Positions 50,701 through 64,000 of a stretch of 64,000 nucleotides of DNA are shown one piece after another. The stretch lies in NCBI GenBank assembly GCA_951804945.1, contig OX638156.1:40858001-40922000 (forward strand), read 5' to 3'. Under the pieces are notes generated by a model, which did no database searches, was not told the origin of the DNA, and worked only from the letters and a program-made list of their open reading frames with translations. Source of the DNA: Podarcis cretensis (lineage: Eukaryota). The translations under genes were made by a program, and so were the position numbers. Each line of letters begins with the position of its first letter. The stretch's first letter is position 1.

Positions 50701-51587
50701 CCCACACTCTGACTCCTGGAATGAGTCTTGTCTGTCCACATTTAATCCTAAAAGCATTTGCAGAGCCTGTCACGTGTGCCCTAGTAGGGGCGTAGCTTTA
50801 TTGGAGATGTTGGGCTGATGTAAAGGGGCCTCATTTTGAGGGCATTCCTGATGAAGCAGCAAAGGTGCTGCCCCTTGAGGGTAGACTGAGTGCTGGTTTT
50901 AGTAGCAGAAAAGCAATGGTGTTGCTGGGAACTTCTCTCCTGTATGCTGAGCAGACGGGATAATCATGCACAGCAAAGACCAGCTTCTGTGTCCAAAATT
51001 AGTCCAGTGACAGTCAGATTTTCCTCTGGAGTTTGTTTCAGCTATTTCATCTGGGAATATTAAAAATAAACGTTCTCCCAAGTATACTCAGGGCCATCAA
51101 GAACTTCTTGTCCTCTGTCTTGGGAGGGCTATTCCTGACTCCCAACTTTGTGTACTGCTTTTGACAAGAGGGCTAGTTTCTTGGCTATCTTGTTTTCAGT
51201 TGTCCCCCACTACCATTGCCTGCCACAGGTAATGATGAGCCAACTTTCCCCAACCTCTTGCTCTCCAGATGTTTGGGGCTGATGAGAGTTATAGGTGGGC
51301 GCCAGCTTGTGGGAGGCTGCTATAAGATTTGTGCTACGTCAGCAAACTTGAGCAGATAAATTCACCCCCACCCCCAGGAACTCTATTTTGGAAGATTCTG
51401 AAAGTTGCCATGTTGACAATAGCCTTGATCTCCTGCCTGTCTTGCATATCCCAGGTGAGGCTCAGAACTCTGAGGGGCTGGAAAGCAGAGCAGCCAAGGG
51501 AGAAATCCGTATGTCTTGCAGGAGCAGAAAAACTGGAGGAGTTCTAGAGCTGAGCTAGTGGCACTTCTGAGCAGTACTACACTAAAC

Positions 51588-51710
51588 TCTCCTTCACTGA
51601 AGTTTTTAAAGCAGAGGTTGGATGCCTATCTGTCATTGATGATTTAGTTGAGATTCCTGGGTTGGAGTAGATGACCCTTAGGGTCCCTTCCAACTTATGA
51701 TTCTATGACT
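51588..51710 (+). mobile_element. CR1 LINE 3' end
   Basis: ctctccttcactgaagtttttaaagcagaggttggatg...gggtcccttccaacttatgattctatga. Confidence 0.75.
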
Positions 51711-53739
51711 AGGCTCTGACTAGTGCTGGTTGCTGAGCATCCCCTCCTAACCACAGCCTCTGACTTTCAAGACTTGGGTGAGGCCCATGGCTGCCACACT
51801 TCAAAAAGAAGTGCAGGCTGGCCATTTCAGAAAACACAGAGAGCAAGCTTCAGCACACGGTGACAGAGTCCTGTGTTTTGATGAGAAGCAGGGCTTAGCC
51901 TCAGTTTCCAGGCCAAAAGGAGAGTTGATCAGCTTGCCTGCCAGAGCAGTCGTGGGTGCCTGTTCGTCATTATGTTCCTTGTTTTCTGAGCACTGTTGGC
52001 ATGAAAGGTTGGCTCTGCTTGTGACACCCCTCATTAATCATCAGGGGCTGTTCTCTTTCGGGCACAAGTGCAAAGTAAATAGTGTGGTCCTGGTACATTT
52101 GTCTCCTTCGTTTCTGCAGAATTTGAGCCTAAACAATCTGGTCACATGGTGCAGAGTGGAAGGTGCAGGGGGAAGGAATGGGATAAGAAAGGTGGGCATC
52201 TAGACTGACTTCTCTGATGTGAGGCTCGGTTTTGGGGGACAGTAGCCATGAGAAGAGATGTTATGAGTTCTGGAAGCTCTGACAGCCTGGACAGGTCCAG
52301 CTTGTGATCCTTTCTCAGATGATGGCTATGTTGCTGGACAAATACGAGAGCTAGGAACTTTCTACTTCTGGTCTCCTCCTCCTGAGATGAGTAGAATGCC
52401 AAATTCTCCACTAGACACCTTCTAATTCCGAAGTGGGAAGTTCTCAGTAGCCAGGATCCCCATCAGGGATTATTTTCTCTCTTGCCTCCTATAGCCTATG
52501 GAGGAATGGATCTTACAGCAGTTTTAAAATGGTGACTGCAAGAAGCTGTCTGATCCTGAAGCAGACCATTGGGGGTCCATCTGTTTCAGTATTGTACACA
52601 CCAGTGGTTCCAGTTAAGTACTGCTGACCCTCTGTTTTTCAGAAGCCAAGCTATGAACCCCCTACTCTGGAAAATTTTGATATCTGTATAGAAGTTTTTG
52701 TTATGCGAATGGACCCCCTGAAGTCCAAAGACCACCAATTGGGAACCACTGGTCTACCCTGTGTTAGAAATTAGCCAGCCACATTTTGCAACTGGCACGG
52801 CTCCAGTTCCAACCACATGGAGATCTCTGGATGCCAGGTTGGCGACTGAGAAAGCAAAATGCCAGAGGAGGAGGAACTGAAATATTTTCCTTGAAGCTTG
52901 AATTGGTTTTATTTGATGTTTTAATGTGATGTAAACCGCTCTGAGATTTTTTTCTTTAAAGTATAAAGTGGTATAGAAATGAAATTAATAATAATAATAC
53001 CTCACTGCAAAAAAGCCCCTAGTCATTCCATTGTGATGACTGCAACCTAGGTTTCAGGTGCCACTTGGCACTTAGATTATATATGTGAGTCTCTAACAGT
53101 GAACTCTACACTAACTGTCAGCAGTTCTTATGCATTCAGGCAGGGAATCTTTCCTACTCTCCTTGGAGATGCAACTCAGGATCTTTTCTATGCAAAGCAG
53201 ATGCCCTACCACTGAGCCTAAAGATGAAAGCTTCTCATGGTAGCTCATGGCCTGGCAACTTCCTGGGCAAAAGAGGTGGTCCTTCTGCTTTAGGGGAGGC
53301 TGGCAGCACACTCCATGTGCTCATTTTAAAAATAGATTTATATCCTGTCTTTGAGAAAATTGATCATGAGATACAAGTTAAACATATAACAATATATAGA
53401 ACGTTTCAGCAAAAGGCAGAAAATCAGTACAATATAGTCATAGGTAAAGCTCGTGGAGACAACCATTAATAAAACAAGCCACTATCCCACGTCCACTAAA
53501 ACACAGCCAAGCTCAACAGTTGAAAAGTCCTGTCCACTTAGCCTTCCTTCAAGAAAGATCCTGCAAGAATAATGAAGTTTTAAGATCTCATTAGAAAGCC
53601 CGTAGTGCCGCTGTTTGATGGAGCCCAGTTGGCCATGAATCTCATTGGAGAGCGGCCACTGCCGCATCCCTGCCAATTTCACCTTTCCTTGGGGTGGGCA
53701 AAGAAGGGCCTCTGTTGCTGACCCCCAAGTGCAGCCAGG

Positions 53740-53880
53740 TATGTGCAGGTATGGGTGGTCATCCGCGTATTGATGCCACTTCAGTCCAAGCCTCTGGGTC
53801 ACTCCCCCCCCCCCCAGCAGTTTCATGTAGATGTTGCATAGAGACACTTGTGGCACTGTTCCTTGAGTGAAGGGGTCATG
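53740..53880 (-). mobile_element. Degraded L2-type reverse transcriptase fragment
   Basis: QGTVPQVSLCNIYMKLLG...GLKWHQYADD contains the RT YADD motif and a degenerate PQG...FNIYM motif. Confidence 0.7.
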
Positions 53881-56214
53881 TTTGGATACAGGCCAGCCCG
53901 CTGCCTTTTTGAATAGCCCTGCAACATGCCTTTCTGCCTTCCCAGGCCCATTGTCCTTCACTGAAGCTGTCCAGAACGTGGACAGGCAGGACTGGAATGG
54001 CCTGAATCAGTCTTGGAACTGAGAATACTGTGCCCTCTTTGAGGTTGAGCAGGATTCCTGCCAAAGCTCATCACAGGAGGGAGGGGCAGCAGCAGCAGCA
54101 GCAGCTGAGACCTTAAAGGCCTGGGACTTGGCCAGCCTTTCTTCTTCACAAGGCTTGTTAACTCTACATTGCCTGCCCTTGGAGAGCAACCAAAGAGTTG
54201 ATGGTGAGGAGGGGATTTGCATCACAGCCCTTTTCCCAAGAGGAGCTGTTTCCTGCATCAGTACCTGCTGTGCCTTCCCCTGGGAGAGGAGCATCTCCCT
54301 GCCTGTCCTGGCTAAGCAGCAGGTGAGAGGGGCAGCCTAATCCCTCTCTGGATTGCACAGCTCTCCTTGCATGAATGTGTCAATCCAAGTTTGCCTAGTT
54401 TGCCAGCCCTTCCTTCAGAGTGTTGGATGTGGGGCTTCCTACCCCTGTTCTGATCAATGCAAAGCCTAATATTTGGAAACAGAGCTGTATCGCTAGGTTT
54501 TTTTTTCCCTTCTCCTTAAAGACAATATTCCCCTGAGATCAGGCATTTCCCTTGTGATGGCTTTTGGGAATAGCTGGGAGCTTCCCGTTGTGGTGATGAG
54601 GTCTGACTCAGCATGGGGTGAGTCAGCTGCAAGTCTTGCAAAGGGAGGGAGGGGTGTGGCAGCAGATCTCAATCTTCCCTGTCTCTGAGATGAAGTTGGC
54701 TGCATCTCTCTGGGCTTTCTTGTTAGCATCAGTCGTGTCTCTGGAGACAGTGGAGGAGTCTGCCTTTGGGAGTGAAGGCAAACTGTTGGGAGGAGGGGAG
54801 AAACCCCACAGCCCTTGGCTTTTGGTGCAGCCTGCCTGTCTCTGCAGTACTGGGCTAGCAACATTTTCCCCTTCCCAAACCTTACACCTCACTTCCCATT
54901 TTTCAGCATATCTGGCATACTTGGGTCACCTGGGGAAGCTATTTCTCCCAAGAACCATCCTCACAATCTTGCTTTGCTCTGCTCTTCAGGCTGATCTCTG
55001 TGTCTTTCCTCTGCTACTTCTAAAGCAGAAATAGCCCCTACCATGCCACTTTTCTTTCCTGTCCCTCTTTCTGAACACCTTGGCTGTCCATTCAGTTGGT
55101 GCAGGCAGGGGGCCAAACCACCTTGGCATCTCCTCTAACCTCATCACATTGACTGCAAAGAGTTTCTGGAAATGAGAGATCCTAGTAGTGTACAGGCATG
55201 CTGCCTGTAGATTGACACAAAGCTACCACTGGAAATGGAATCTTTTATGCAGTTTCAACATATGCTACTCAGTTCCTCAAGCCAGAGGATTCTCCGTGTG
55301 ACTTACAACACAATTAAAATCCACTTAAGCAGTAAAACCAGTAAACAGAAAGTGGAATAGAGACACCCAACTCCTTTCTGCAGTCACTCTTTGGGCAGTT
55401 CCCTCTTTTGCTGGTCATTTTCAGACATTGCCTCCATCTTCTGCTGGGGTTTTTATCCACTGAGTGGTCTTCGCATTTCAAGAATTCTGAGTTGCAGCTC
55501 ACCCTTCCTGAGTTCTTTGCTCATCCCAAGGCTCCTGTTGCTCGTCCACTGAGGAAAGCAAGCTGCTGGAGGCTGTAGCACTGAGCCGGAGGGCAGAGCC
55601 TCTATCTACTTTGGGGTCCTCCTTCCTGGGGCCTACACCACTGACGTAGAGCCTAGGGCTGTATTTCATAATGGCTTTGGTTCTGCATGCTTTAGAACAG
55701 GAGTGGCCCATGGTCGGCATCCAGCCCACCACCGTAGCTGTACCTGTGGTGATTCACCCACCTTCAGAGCAGAGGGATGGGTAGCACAAGGGTGGAAGAG
55801 GAAGCCTAGGGTGGGTTTCTAATCAGCTTAACCTTGCATGCCACCTTTTCTGGTAGCAAGTATTCGTACTTGAGGGTATGTCTGGAGCCAGGGAGGGTTC
55901 TGCGCTAACCACCCCCAAATCATGGGAAGTTGGCTATCACTTCCTTGTGTCTTTTGAGTTGCCAGGGGAGAGTCTGAATTAGTCCTTCTGTTAAACTTAA
56001 AGGGCTTGGGGAAGGAGCACAGGGTTCCTGTCAGGATGGCCTGTTCCCTGTGCTAGCCAGCCTGCTTGGCTCACCTGCCCACTGCTCACCTGGCTTTGGC
56101 TACTCAGGACTATTTCCTCACTTTTGGTTTGCATTCTTTGAAGCCCTGTAGATTCCCTAAGTGAGAAGGCAGGCAGACTTCCTCTCTAATATTGGATGTG
56201 CTTGTGTTTTGCAG

Positions 56215-56321
56215 CTGGAGGACTGCACCTTGCAAGTCTTGCCTTCTGGGCACTACCTGGATCTGGAGCTTTCCCTGCTGGAGCAGAAAGATGAGCTGGA
56301 AGGGTTCTATGAAGAAATCAG
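56215..56321 (+). CDS. FHOD1: FHOD1 exon 2
   Basis: 107 nt, ttttgcag|...|gtgaaa, phase 0 to 2. [36 protein letters not shown] (human recalled as [36 protein letters not shown]). Confidence 0.96.
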
Positions 56322-56690
56322 GTGAAAATATCTCTCTGCTGCAGGGTATATTTACTCTTTCCCAACACTTTCCAAAGGTTTCTGGCTTCACAGATTGCCA
56401 TTTAACCGTAACACCTGATGCAATCTTGCCAAGCAGATCCCGAAATATGGTTGTTAGTAGATGTCCACACTTGTGAAGTTGGCATGGTTAGGTGGTCAGT
56501 GCCCCAAGTTCCTCTTGGCTCCCTACTGAGCCAGTGGCATCTTCTCTCTTCAGCTGTTTGGTGAGCAAATGTGTTGAAGAGGAGGGGGAGGAGGTTCCCA
56601 GTGGCTGGCTGGCAAGTGTTCTTGGGAAGCAGGCTGGGGCTCAGGGAGCCTGTGCTGACCTAGGTCCTGTTTCCTTTCCTGTCATTGCAG

Positions 56691-56755
56691 CAAAGGGAGA
56701 CGGCCCATCCTGCTTCTCCGCACACAGCTCTCTGTCCGAGTCCAGGCCATCCTGG
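56691..56755 (+). CDS. FHOD1: FHOD1 exon 3; gene continues beyond the window
   Basis: 65 nt, cattgcag|...|gtgagt, phase 2 to 1. [21 protein letters not shown] (human recalled as [21 protein letters not shown]). Confidence 0.96.
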
Positions 56756-59700
56756 GTGAGTCTCAACTCTGTTATTGCTTGGAGCTCTTTAGCTCTTGCT
56801 GGCCACGGATTCTGAAAGCACTTGTTGGGATTGGCCTTCCAAGGCATGATCACAGGAGGGCTAACACAGGGTCAGCTGCTGCTGCTGCTGCTGCCGCCGC
56901 CTAACTCTAAACTTGGCTTCTTCTAGTGCTATGCGGGGGAGAAAATACCTTGATGTGGGTTATCTGGAATTTTTTCCTGTGCAAATTAGGGTAACTTGCC
57001 CTGGAAAACTTTCTGCTGCCCTCAAGAGTGATCCAATCCAGTAGGTTTACTTTTATTTTTACTTAGTAAGCAAAGCTAAAAGTGCTGGAACCACCAAGTT
57101 TGCCCAATTATTTCTACTCCCTCTAGGGTACAAAAGATTGACAAGTCAAGCTTATTATCTCTTCCTATTTTAATTTGAGTGTGTAACAACCAAGAAACTC
57201 TTCCAAACTGAGGTTTTACCCAGATTACCAGTGCCAGTTTGCAAGCCTGAAATAGGGCTCTTGGGACACCTTGCTTTGCAGCACAGTTAGAGCCTGTGGC
57301 CTTTCATCTCCCATGGGTCAGGGTGATGGCAGTTGTTGTTCAACATTGTCCAGAGGGCCAAAGATTCCCCATTCCTACTTAGCAGCCTTAAGGTACCTTT
57401 GTCCAACTGAAGGAATCAACTGTTTACAACTCATATGGAGGGGGAGGGAAGCTTTGCTTCTCAGCTGAGCCAGCAGACGGCTGCCTCTTCCCTCTGCCTC
57501 CTGCCTGCAATTGTTCTGCATGCTACTCTGCTTTTGCTTCAGTCCTGGCTGCTGTTTCCTTATGATTCAGCACATGCACTCCCGGGCTTCCCTTGGTTTG
57601 CATCCAGTCTTGTCAGAGCTGATAAATGTTGCAAGTATTTCCGGAGCCTGTGTGGGCGGCTGCTGGGCCGTTCCCTCTGCACTCAAAATAGACTCCATGT
57701 ACTGGACAGCAGGACTGCCCCAAGGGCATGTGGGAGCAGAGCCCTGGAGAGCCAGAGGTTTATCTGGGAGGTGCAGTTGGGTGGCCACAGCGAGGGAGGA
57801 AGTGCTGAAGCACTGGCTTCTTCCCTGTGGCTTTTCTCATTATCCCAGTGTGGCCAGAAGAAGTCAAGCATCAGAAGAGGAGGAAGGGGCTTGAGTGGTG
57901 ATGCTTAACTAAGTCAGTGGGGAGGGTTCCTTCCTGCTTAATCTTTCATATAGCAAGGGATTCTAGGAACCTGGGAATTGTTAGAGTAGTAGCTAGTTAG
58001 TATTTTCTGACTAGGATGGTTGCAGTCCCAACACACACGGACAATAATGGTGGTTGTAAGGAGTTAGCAGAAGATGCTGAATCTACACTGAAGAGACCAT
58101 GAAGGCAACAAGGGTTCAGCTTGGTAAACAGCCCTGCTCTTTGAGTTCCCAGGGCTCTGTTGCTGCCTGCTTGGGAAATATGTACCCTTAAAGAGCGTCA
58201 TTTGAAGGGGCCACAACCATGGAATGTAGCTTGTAAGTCAGGCAAATAATGGAGTGTGAGAAAAGAGAAAAGTCCTTGGCCCGGCAGGAATCATAAAAAA
58301 ACACATGGCTTTCTGTTGCTTTTCCTGCCATAGTTTTGCAAATTAAAGTTATACAGTCGCAACCCTACTTGGGTTCTTGCTTCACTCATGAAACATTCTG
58401 GGAAAGGTTTGGCAGGCGCAATCCTGAAGTGGAGCCAAAGTTCACAGGCTGCTCTTTGACCTTGTTGTTCCTGGCAGGCTAGTGTCCGAGGAGGGAATGT
58501 GCTTGCTGTTGTGGTGGACCAATGCACTCCATTATCTGAATGCTCCTCCACAGATATTTCTATGTACTGTTTCTGTGGGGTCACTTGCCTCTTTGTTATC
58601 CAACCCTTGCTTTCTTTCTCTGTTAGAGGGTCTCTCTACATAGGGTCAAAAAGCTGCAGAGAAGTGTCCAGTGCCAGGCCTTTTCCCTGGGGGGAGTGGG
58701 TTCTGTTTGCGTGGTTGCGTTCTTCTGCAGTAGGACTGTAGGTGCTGATTGATACCCCTGATGGTATTTTTACTTAGGCAGAAAGAATCCAATCAGTCTC
58801 ACATAACTCTGCCCAGGAAAAGATAGACTCTAGTACAATATTTTCTGCCCCACATTTTCTTGAAACCTACAGGGAGGGGGACTCCACAGTCAGCTAGACA
58901 AATGTTTTCCATTGGTGAGAAAAGAAGTGATTCCCGGCTTTTAATTAAAATCTGTGTGCTTTATCGCACTGGTCAAATAACATGTTCTGATACGGTACAT
59001 CACCATTATCACTATGTACCGTGCTAGCTCTCAAACTTGACTTGCTGAATGTTGGAAGATTCAGGACAGACAAAATTAAGTATTTCTTTACATGGTGTGT
59101 GATTAAATGATGGAATTCACTTCCACAAGAGATAATGATGGCCACTAACTTGGATGATGTTAAAAGAGAAATAGACAATTTCATGCCTATGAAATAGACA
59201 ATTTCACGTCCACTAGCCACAATGGCTGTGTTCTACCTCCACTGTTGGAGAAAGGATACTTCTTAATACCAGTTTCTGGGAATTTCCACAGGGGAGAAGT
59301 TTGCTGCATGCATGTTGTGCTTATGTACATCCCATAGGCTTCTAGTGGGCCTCTTCTTTGAGAACAGGATGTTGGGTCACTGGTCTGATCCAGCAACCTG
59401 TTCTCATCTATGTGGGGTGTTTGAGTTGCCATTACAAAACTGACTACCTCCCCTACATATCACCAGTTGCTTTTGAAACCTCTTTCAGTTTCCAAAGCAG
59501 CTGACAGTCTGGGGAGAAAAGCAAGTCTAAATCCCAAGTCCTTGCTTGGGGATGGGACTGCCAGTTACACTTGCCCTGGGCCTTGGAGGGCTAAGTTGGC
59601 CATGGGGCCGTGCCAGTGACTGGCTGCTTTTTGGTTTGAGGTTATAACTTTATTCCAATAGGACTCCTGCCCCCAAGCCTCAGACAAGCTCTGCACAGGC

Positions 59701-62700
59701 CTGCTGAATTCCCCTTCAATGCACTGGGCTAGTTTCCTGGTAGCTGGATCCTGAACATAGCCTGGTGCTCCTCCTTGCCCAGAAAGTGGGCTCCTCCTTG
59801 CCCAGAAAGTGATGGGGAAAGAGGACTAAGCAGGTGCCATCTGGGGACGAACTTGGCTCTCTGCTGCTATGTCTGTTCATGTGAATGTTTGGCCCTTCAT
59901 TTTCAGGAGTTAGAAGAAGCACTCTGGGCAGCCTGGCAACATCTCCTGGGTTTTCTGCCTTCAATTATTAACAAGCACCTTTTAGGTCTTAAAAACTTGT
60001 TTAAATTTTTAACACGTGATGAAACCTTTTGGGTTATATCCAGTTGCATCCCTCTGTTGTCCTTGGTGCCAGGCAATAGAAGGGACACCTCTCCTCCCTC
60101 TGGCACCAGGTCTGTGGGCTCTTTGTGTAGGGCTGGCCCTCTCCTAGATGCCTGCCCTGCTCCCCCACCTCCCCATTCAGCTGATGATTCCTCCTGTGGA
60201 AACAACTGCAGAGTGAAGTTTGCAAGGAATTCCAGGGAGGCTCCCACTGCTACATTTAGGCCTGTTGCCCAGTTGGCTGTCTTCAGTCTCATTTTAAGCC
60301 ACAACAGCTCCAGAGTGCCATAACCTCATTCAGTTCAAGTTGGGTAAACTTTTAATTTTGGAGATGTGCGGGAAGGGCAGTGCTATTCCACCGGAGGTTG
60401 TCACACAGCGTGTGCCTTGAAATGCAGGAGCTGGGAACTTGTGAAGAATCCGTCCTGCTTCAGAGCCAGGCAACCAAAATGCTCCTTCGAGAACTCCTGC
60501 TTCCATTGTCGTGGCAGGGGAAGTGAACAGCCCATGGGAATGCGGTAGTTCCTTAGGCAGCTTACGGAAAGCACACAATAAGATCATTTTAAAATGAAAG
60601 AGAAACCTACATACAACTTTTTAACCTGTGGTTCTTGAAGATGAGAAAGTTTTGCAAGGGTTGGTAATTTGACAGGCCCCACATGTTTCCATTTGAAGGG
60701 GGAAGGCATGATGTGTAAAGGCATGTGAGAATAATGCTAGATTGAATGCAGCTAGTGTTTGGGAAGATACTTTTCACTGCTAGCTTGTTGGGTGAGTCTT
60801 TCACTGTAACCGTAACCATGCTTACTTGTCGGTAGGCTCATGATTGGTTGTATAAGAGGGGATCTCCTGGTGCATTTGCAAGCTTCCTTCCACCTGCAAT
60901 ATGCAGCTGTTAGGTGGAGGTGTCATATCTTTGCCACAGACTCATAGCCTACCAGAGGCAGTGGCCAAGTCCATTAACTTAGCTGCTGTCATTTTGCTGA
61001 AATGGGACTGAGCAACAGCATTCCCAAGAAGACAGTTGGGACTGCTGCACAAGTGGCTCTTCCTCTCCTGCACCTTCTGAGCTGTCCCCCTCTTTCCTTC
61101 CTGTCTGTCTGATCCATGTCTGGCTCTTTTCCTCTGTGTGCACATGCTCTTTGGCTCACGTGCCCATTCCCAGCAGTGGCACTGTCATCGGCATGCAGAT
61201 GTGCTCCCTTGCCAGACCCTTGTGCAGCAGGCTGCCAAGGCAGGAAGTGTTGGAGGTTTTGTCTTCATTCATAGAGGAAGTGGAGCTTCCGTTCTGCCTC
61301 CTGCTCATCTCCACCTTCGCAGGCTGCCACTGCTGTAGTAAAATCTACTCTTGCTCCTTTGCAGACTCCAGGGTGAGACCCCTGTGCTTTGAGTGGAGTA
61401 AGAGTGACTTGGAAAGCAAGATGCTAGGAGCAAGGTGCTCGTCCTCCTAACCAGCCCCCTGGACCTGCTAAGACCCTGTCCTCAATCCCCACCCGAGGCA
61501 GCTGCCTTCACCACTGCCTGTCTGTCTCTGCACTTGCTTGCCTGCCTGTACCTCCCACATCCCTTTGCGAGCAAGCAGTGATTCCTATGAATGCTGCAAC
61601 TTGATGGAGTGGGGAGCAAAATGGGGGTGCAAGTGGGCACCTTCACCTGCCTTACCATTCCACCTGCAGGGGGTCAGGACATCCCTACCACCTGTTCAGC
61701 AGTCACACCAAGAAGAAGCAGAAGTCCCAGATGGTACCAGCGGAGCAGGGCCGGTGACCTCTCTGCTATACCATTCTCTTTGAGAGAGAATGCCTCAAGG
61801 GAGAGAGGCATTACCTGCAATTTCATTTTGACTAGTCAGTGACACTGGCTACCTTGACATCTTGGTGCCTGAGGAAGGAGTTGCAAATGGCACATCCATG
61901 TCTCGATGGAGCTTTGGTCTGTTCCAGGGAGGAAGAGGAGCCCCCTCCGCTTGCTTGTTTATAGTGTGCAGGTCCTGTGCTCTGGCTCTGGGCTGAGAGA
62001 GGAGAAGAAAGAGCAGCCTAGCCTCCCTCCCTCTCTCTTTTGTCAGAGGTCTCCGTCTGTGCATAGGAAGCTGTAAGAGATATTTATATAGTATTGCAGA
62101 AAACAGGAAGACTGCAAGCTCTGCGCCAGCCGGCCTTACTTGGGCTACAGCTGCTCTCTGGCGCTTGGCCCACAGAGGTGGCCTGAGGAGAATGGCCGCA
62201 GCTACTCTTCTGTTTTGGAATGGGGTCACTGGAAAGAAGAGGGGGCAGGCAAAGCCGAAGGAGCAACCTTTGGCAATGCCACTTTGCAAGGGGAAAGGGC
62301 CATAGCTTTGTGGTAGAAGAGCATCGGCAACTCCTGCCTGTGGTCAGTGGCAACACTCCTGCCTGGGAAGAGATCCTCAGCCGCAGGAAGGCCGATGAGA
62401 GGGAGGGCTGGCCAGAGGAGCTGATTCTCTCTGCTCCAAACCTGAGCCAGTATTGGCTTCAGAAGACGGAAGCCCCACAGGGGCGGTTGCTTTCTGGGGA
62501 GGGGTAGAAGAGCAGCTGTTAGGCATGCAGAAGGTCCCAGGTTCAATCCCCACTAGCAGCATTTCTAGGTGAGGTTAGGAATGTCCTCTGCGTGAAACCC
62601 TTGAGCGCCATGGCTGGCTCTCAGTGTATGTATACTTTTTGAGCTAGAGGGACCAAGTGGTCTAATGACTCCATATAAGGCAGATGATGTGTTCTGTACC

Positions 62701-64000
62701 ATAGGCATTGTGTGGTGCCCTTTATTCCTTGTTATTATTATTTGTTTTATTATTATTTATTAGACGTATATACCGCCCTTCATCAAAAGATCTCAGGGTG
62801 GTTCGCAATATTCTCCACAGTTGTGCTCCCCACACAACTGAATCACGCCCCTTTGCCCTTTCCTGCTCTCCCTTTCCACTCTGCCTTCTGTGTCTGGTTG
62901 GACTTGAGTTGCAAGCTTGTGCAGTGCCCATGAGTTGAGGTGGGGGCTGCAGGAAGGACAAGAGAAAGCAGATCCTCCAGAGTCAGCCCTGGAAGCCCCA
63001 CGGTTCTCAGGGGTTTCTGGGGGGTGATGAGGCACCCCTTAGGGCCTCCCTCTGGGGCTGGGCCAGGCCACTTCAGATGTCCAGGAGGGACTGAATGGCT
63101 GGACACTCCCGGACAGAAGTAGGCGAACTTGTCAAGATGGGCTTGCCCAGAAAAGGGGCCTTAAACAGAGGGAGAAATTGCAGGCTACTTCTAAACATCC
63201 AGGGAGGTTCTGGCTCAAAGGGAGCATTGACAGTCTGTTTTCTCAGCATCTGAAGTGATGCTTCTATTGCTGGGCTGATTCATAGGAGCCCTCTTGGGTA
63301 GCAAATGTGTGAGAGAGAGCCACGTGGCAGTGGTGCCAATGAAGGAGAGAGTAGCCTATATCCTGGCAGCTGCACCAGTTGCAATTTCTGAAAGTCTTCA
63401 AAGGCAGCCTGATTTAGGGCTCCTTACACTGGATTGTCTTTGATGTTACCGGTATGAAAGTAGGAGAGGATTCATCCACCCTTTCTAGATAAGAAAGTGC
63501 ATGCTATGAGATTTAAAAGTTCTTTTAGAAACTCCCTCTAGCTATATGAAGTGCTCAGGTTCAGGGATGGCAGCCAGTCCCAAACCTCAGCCCTTTAGTG
63601 CTATAGCACAGTGGAGGACGTTTTTAGGCATGGGGGGCGGAGGAGCTGCCCCTTTCCTTCCCATAAATTGCATCAAAGTGCTCAAGTAGAGAAATGCTTT
63701 TGGGTGGAAAAGACTGAACTTGCAAAATTAAAAGGGAAGCAGGTGCTTGTGGGGTTCTCTTCTTTGGGTGGGCCAGTTGTTTCTGGTCAGCTGCAGCTAC
63801 TGTGCTTATTCTGCCTTGCTTGGTTTTGCTTCTTCAAATAATGGCAAGTGACTGGCCCCAGGTCATTCAGGGCCTTGAACCCTGGTTGCCCAAGTCTTAC
63901 TCTGGCATTTTCATTGCTGTGCCACATCATTAGGTTGTTTTTGCATTCTTTCAAGCTATCACTTCCAGGCATCCTGAAAGCAGCTGGTGAGGAGAGGTCT

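Noticed and set aside
61325-61380. KIYSCSFADSR considered as FHOD1 exon 4
   Set aside because: Lacks the conserved ELRR.LFSLKQIFQ sequence and the expected exon length.
1-64000. CRISPR arrays, rRNA, operon-like or prokaryotic systems
   Set aside because: The sequence is intron-rich vertebrate DNA; no repeat-spacer arrays or rRNA motifs were seen.

Overview
Vertebrate genomic DNA from a squamate reptile, probably a lacertid lizard, judged from Sauria SINE, tRNA-Lys/CR1 SINE, Squam3-like SINE, CR1, L2 and MITE content. Two spliced genes point away from each other. On the minus strand is the 5' part of PLEKHG4 (puratrophin-1, a Trio/ARHGEF40-family RhoGEF): 10 coding exons from an ATG-only exon at 31965-31967 down to 2801, 3047 nt (about 1015 codons), all GT-AG and phase-consistent, continuing off the left edge. 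On the plus strand are exons 1-3 of the formin FHOD1 (47278-56755), continuing off the right edge. Each gene has a CpG-island promoter. In human, SLC9A5 (NHE5) lies between FHOD1 and PLEKHG4, but I cannot recognise it in the repeat-rich ~14 kb spacer here; only a divergent promoter with a splice donor and a very weak NHE5 C-tail resemblance remain. The lizard PLEKHG4 also keeps an ARHGEF40-like N-terminal region that canonical human PLEKHG4 lacks. I found no convincing novel multi-gene system. Most ORF-track entries are chance or repeat-derived. All homology calls come from recalled sequences, not from searches.
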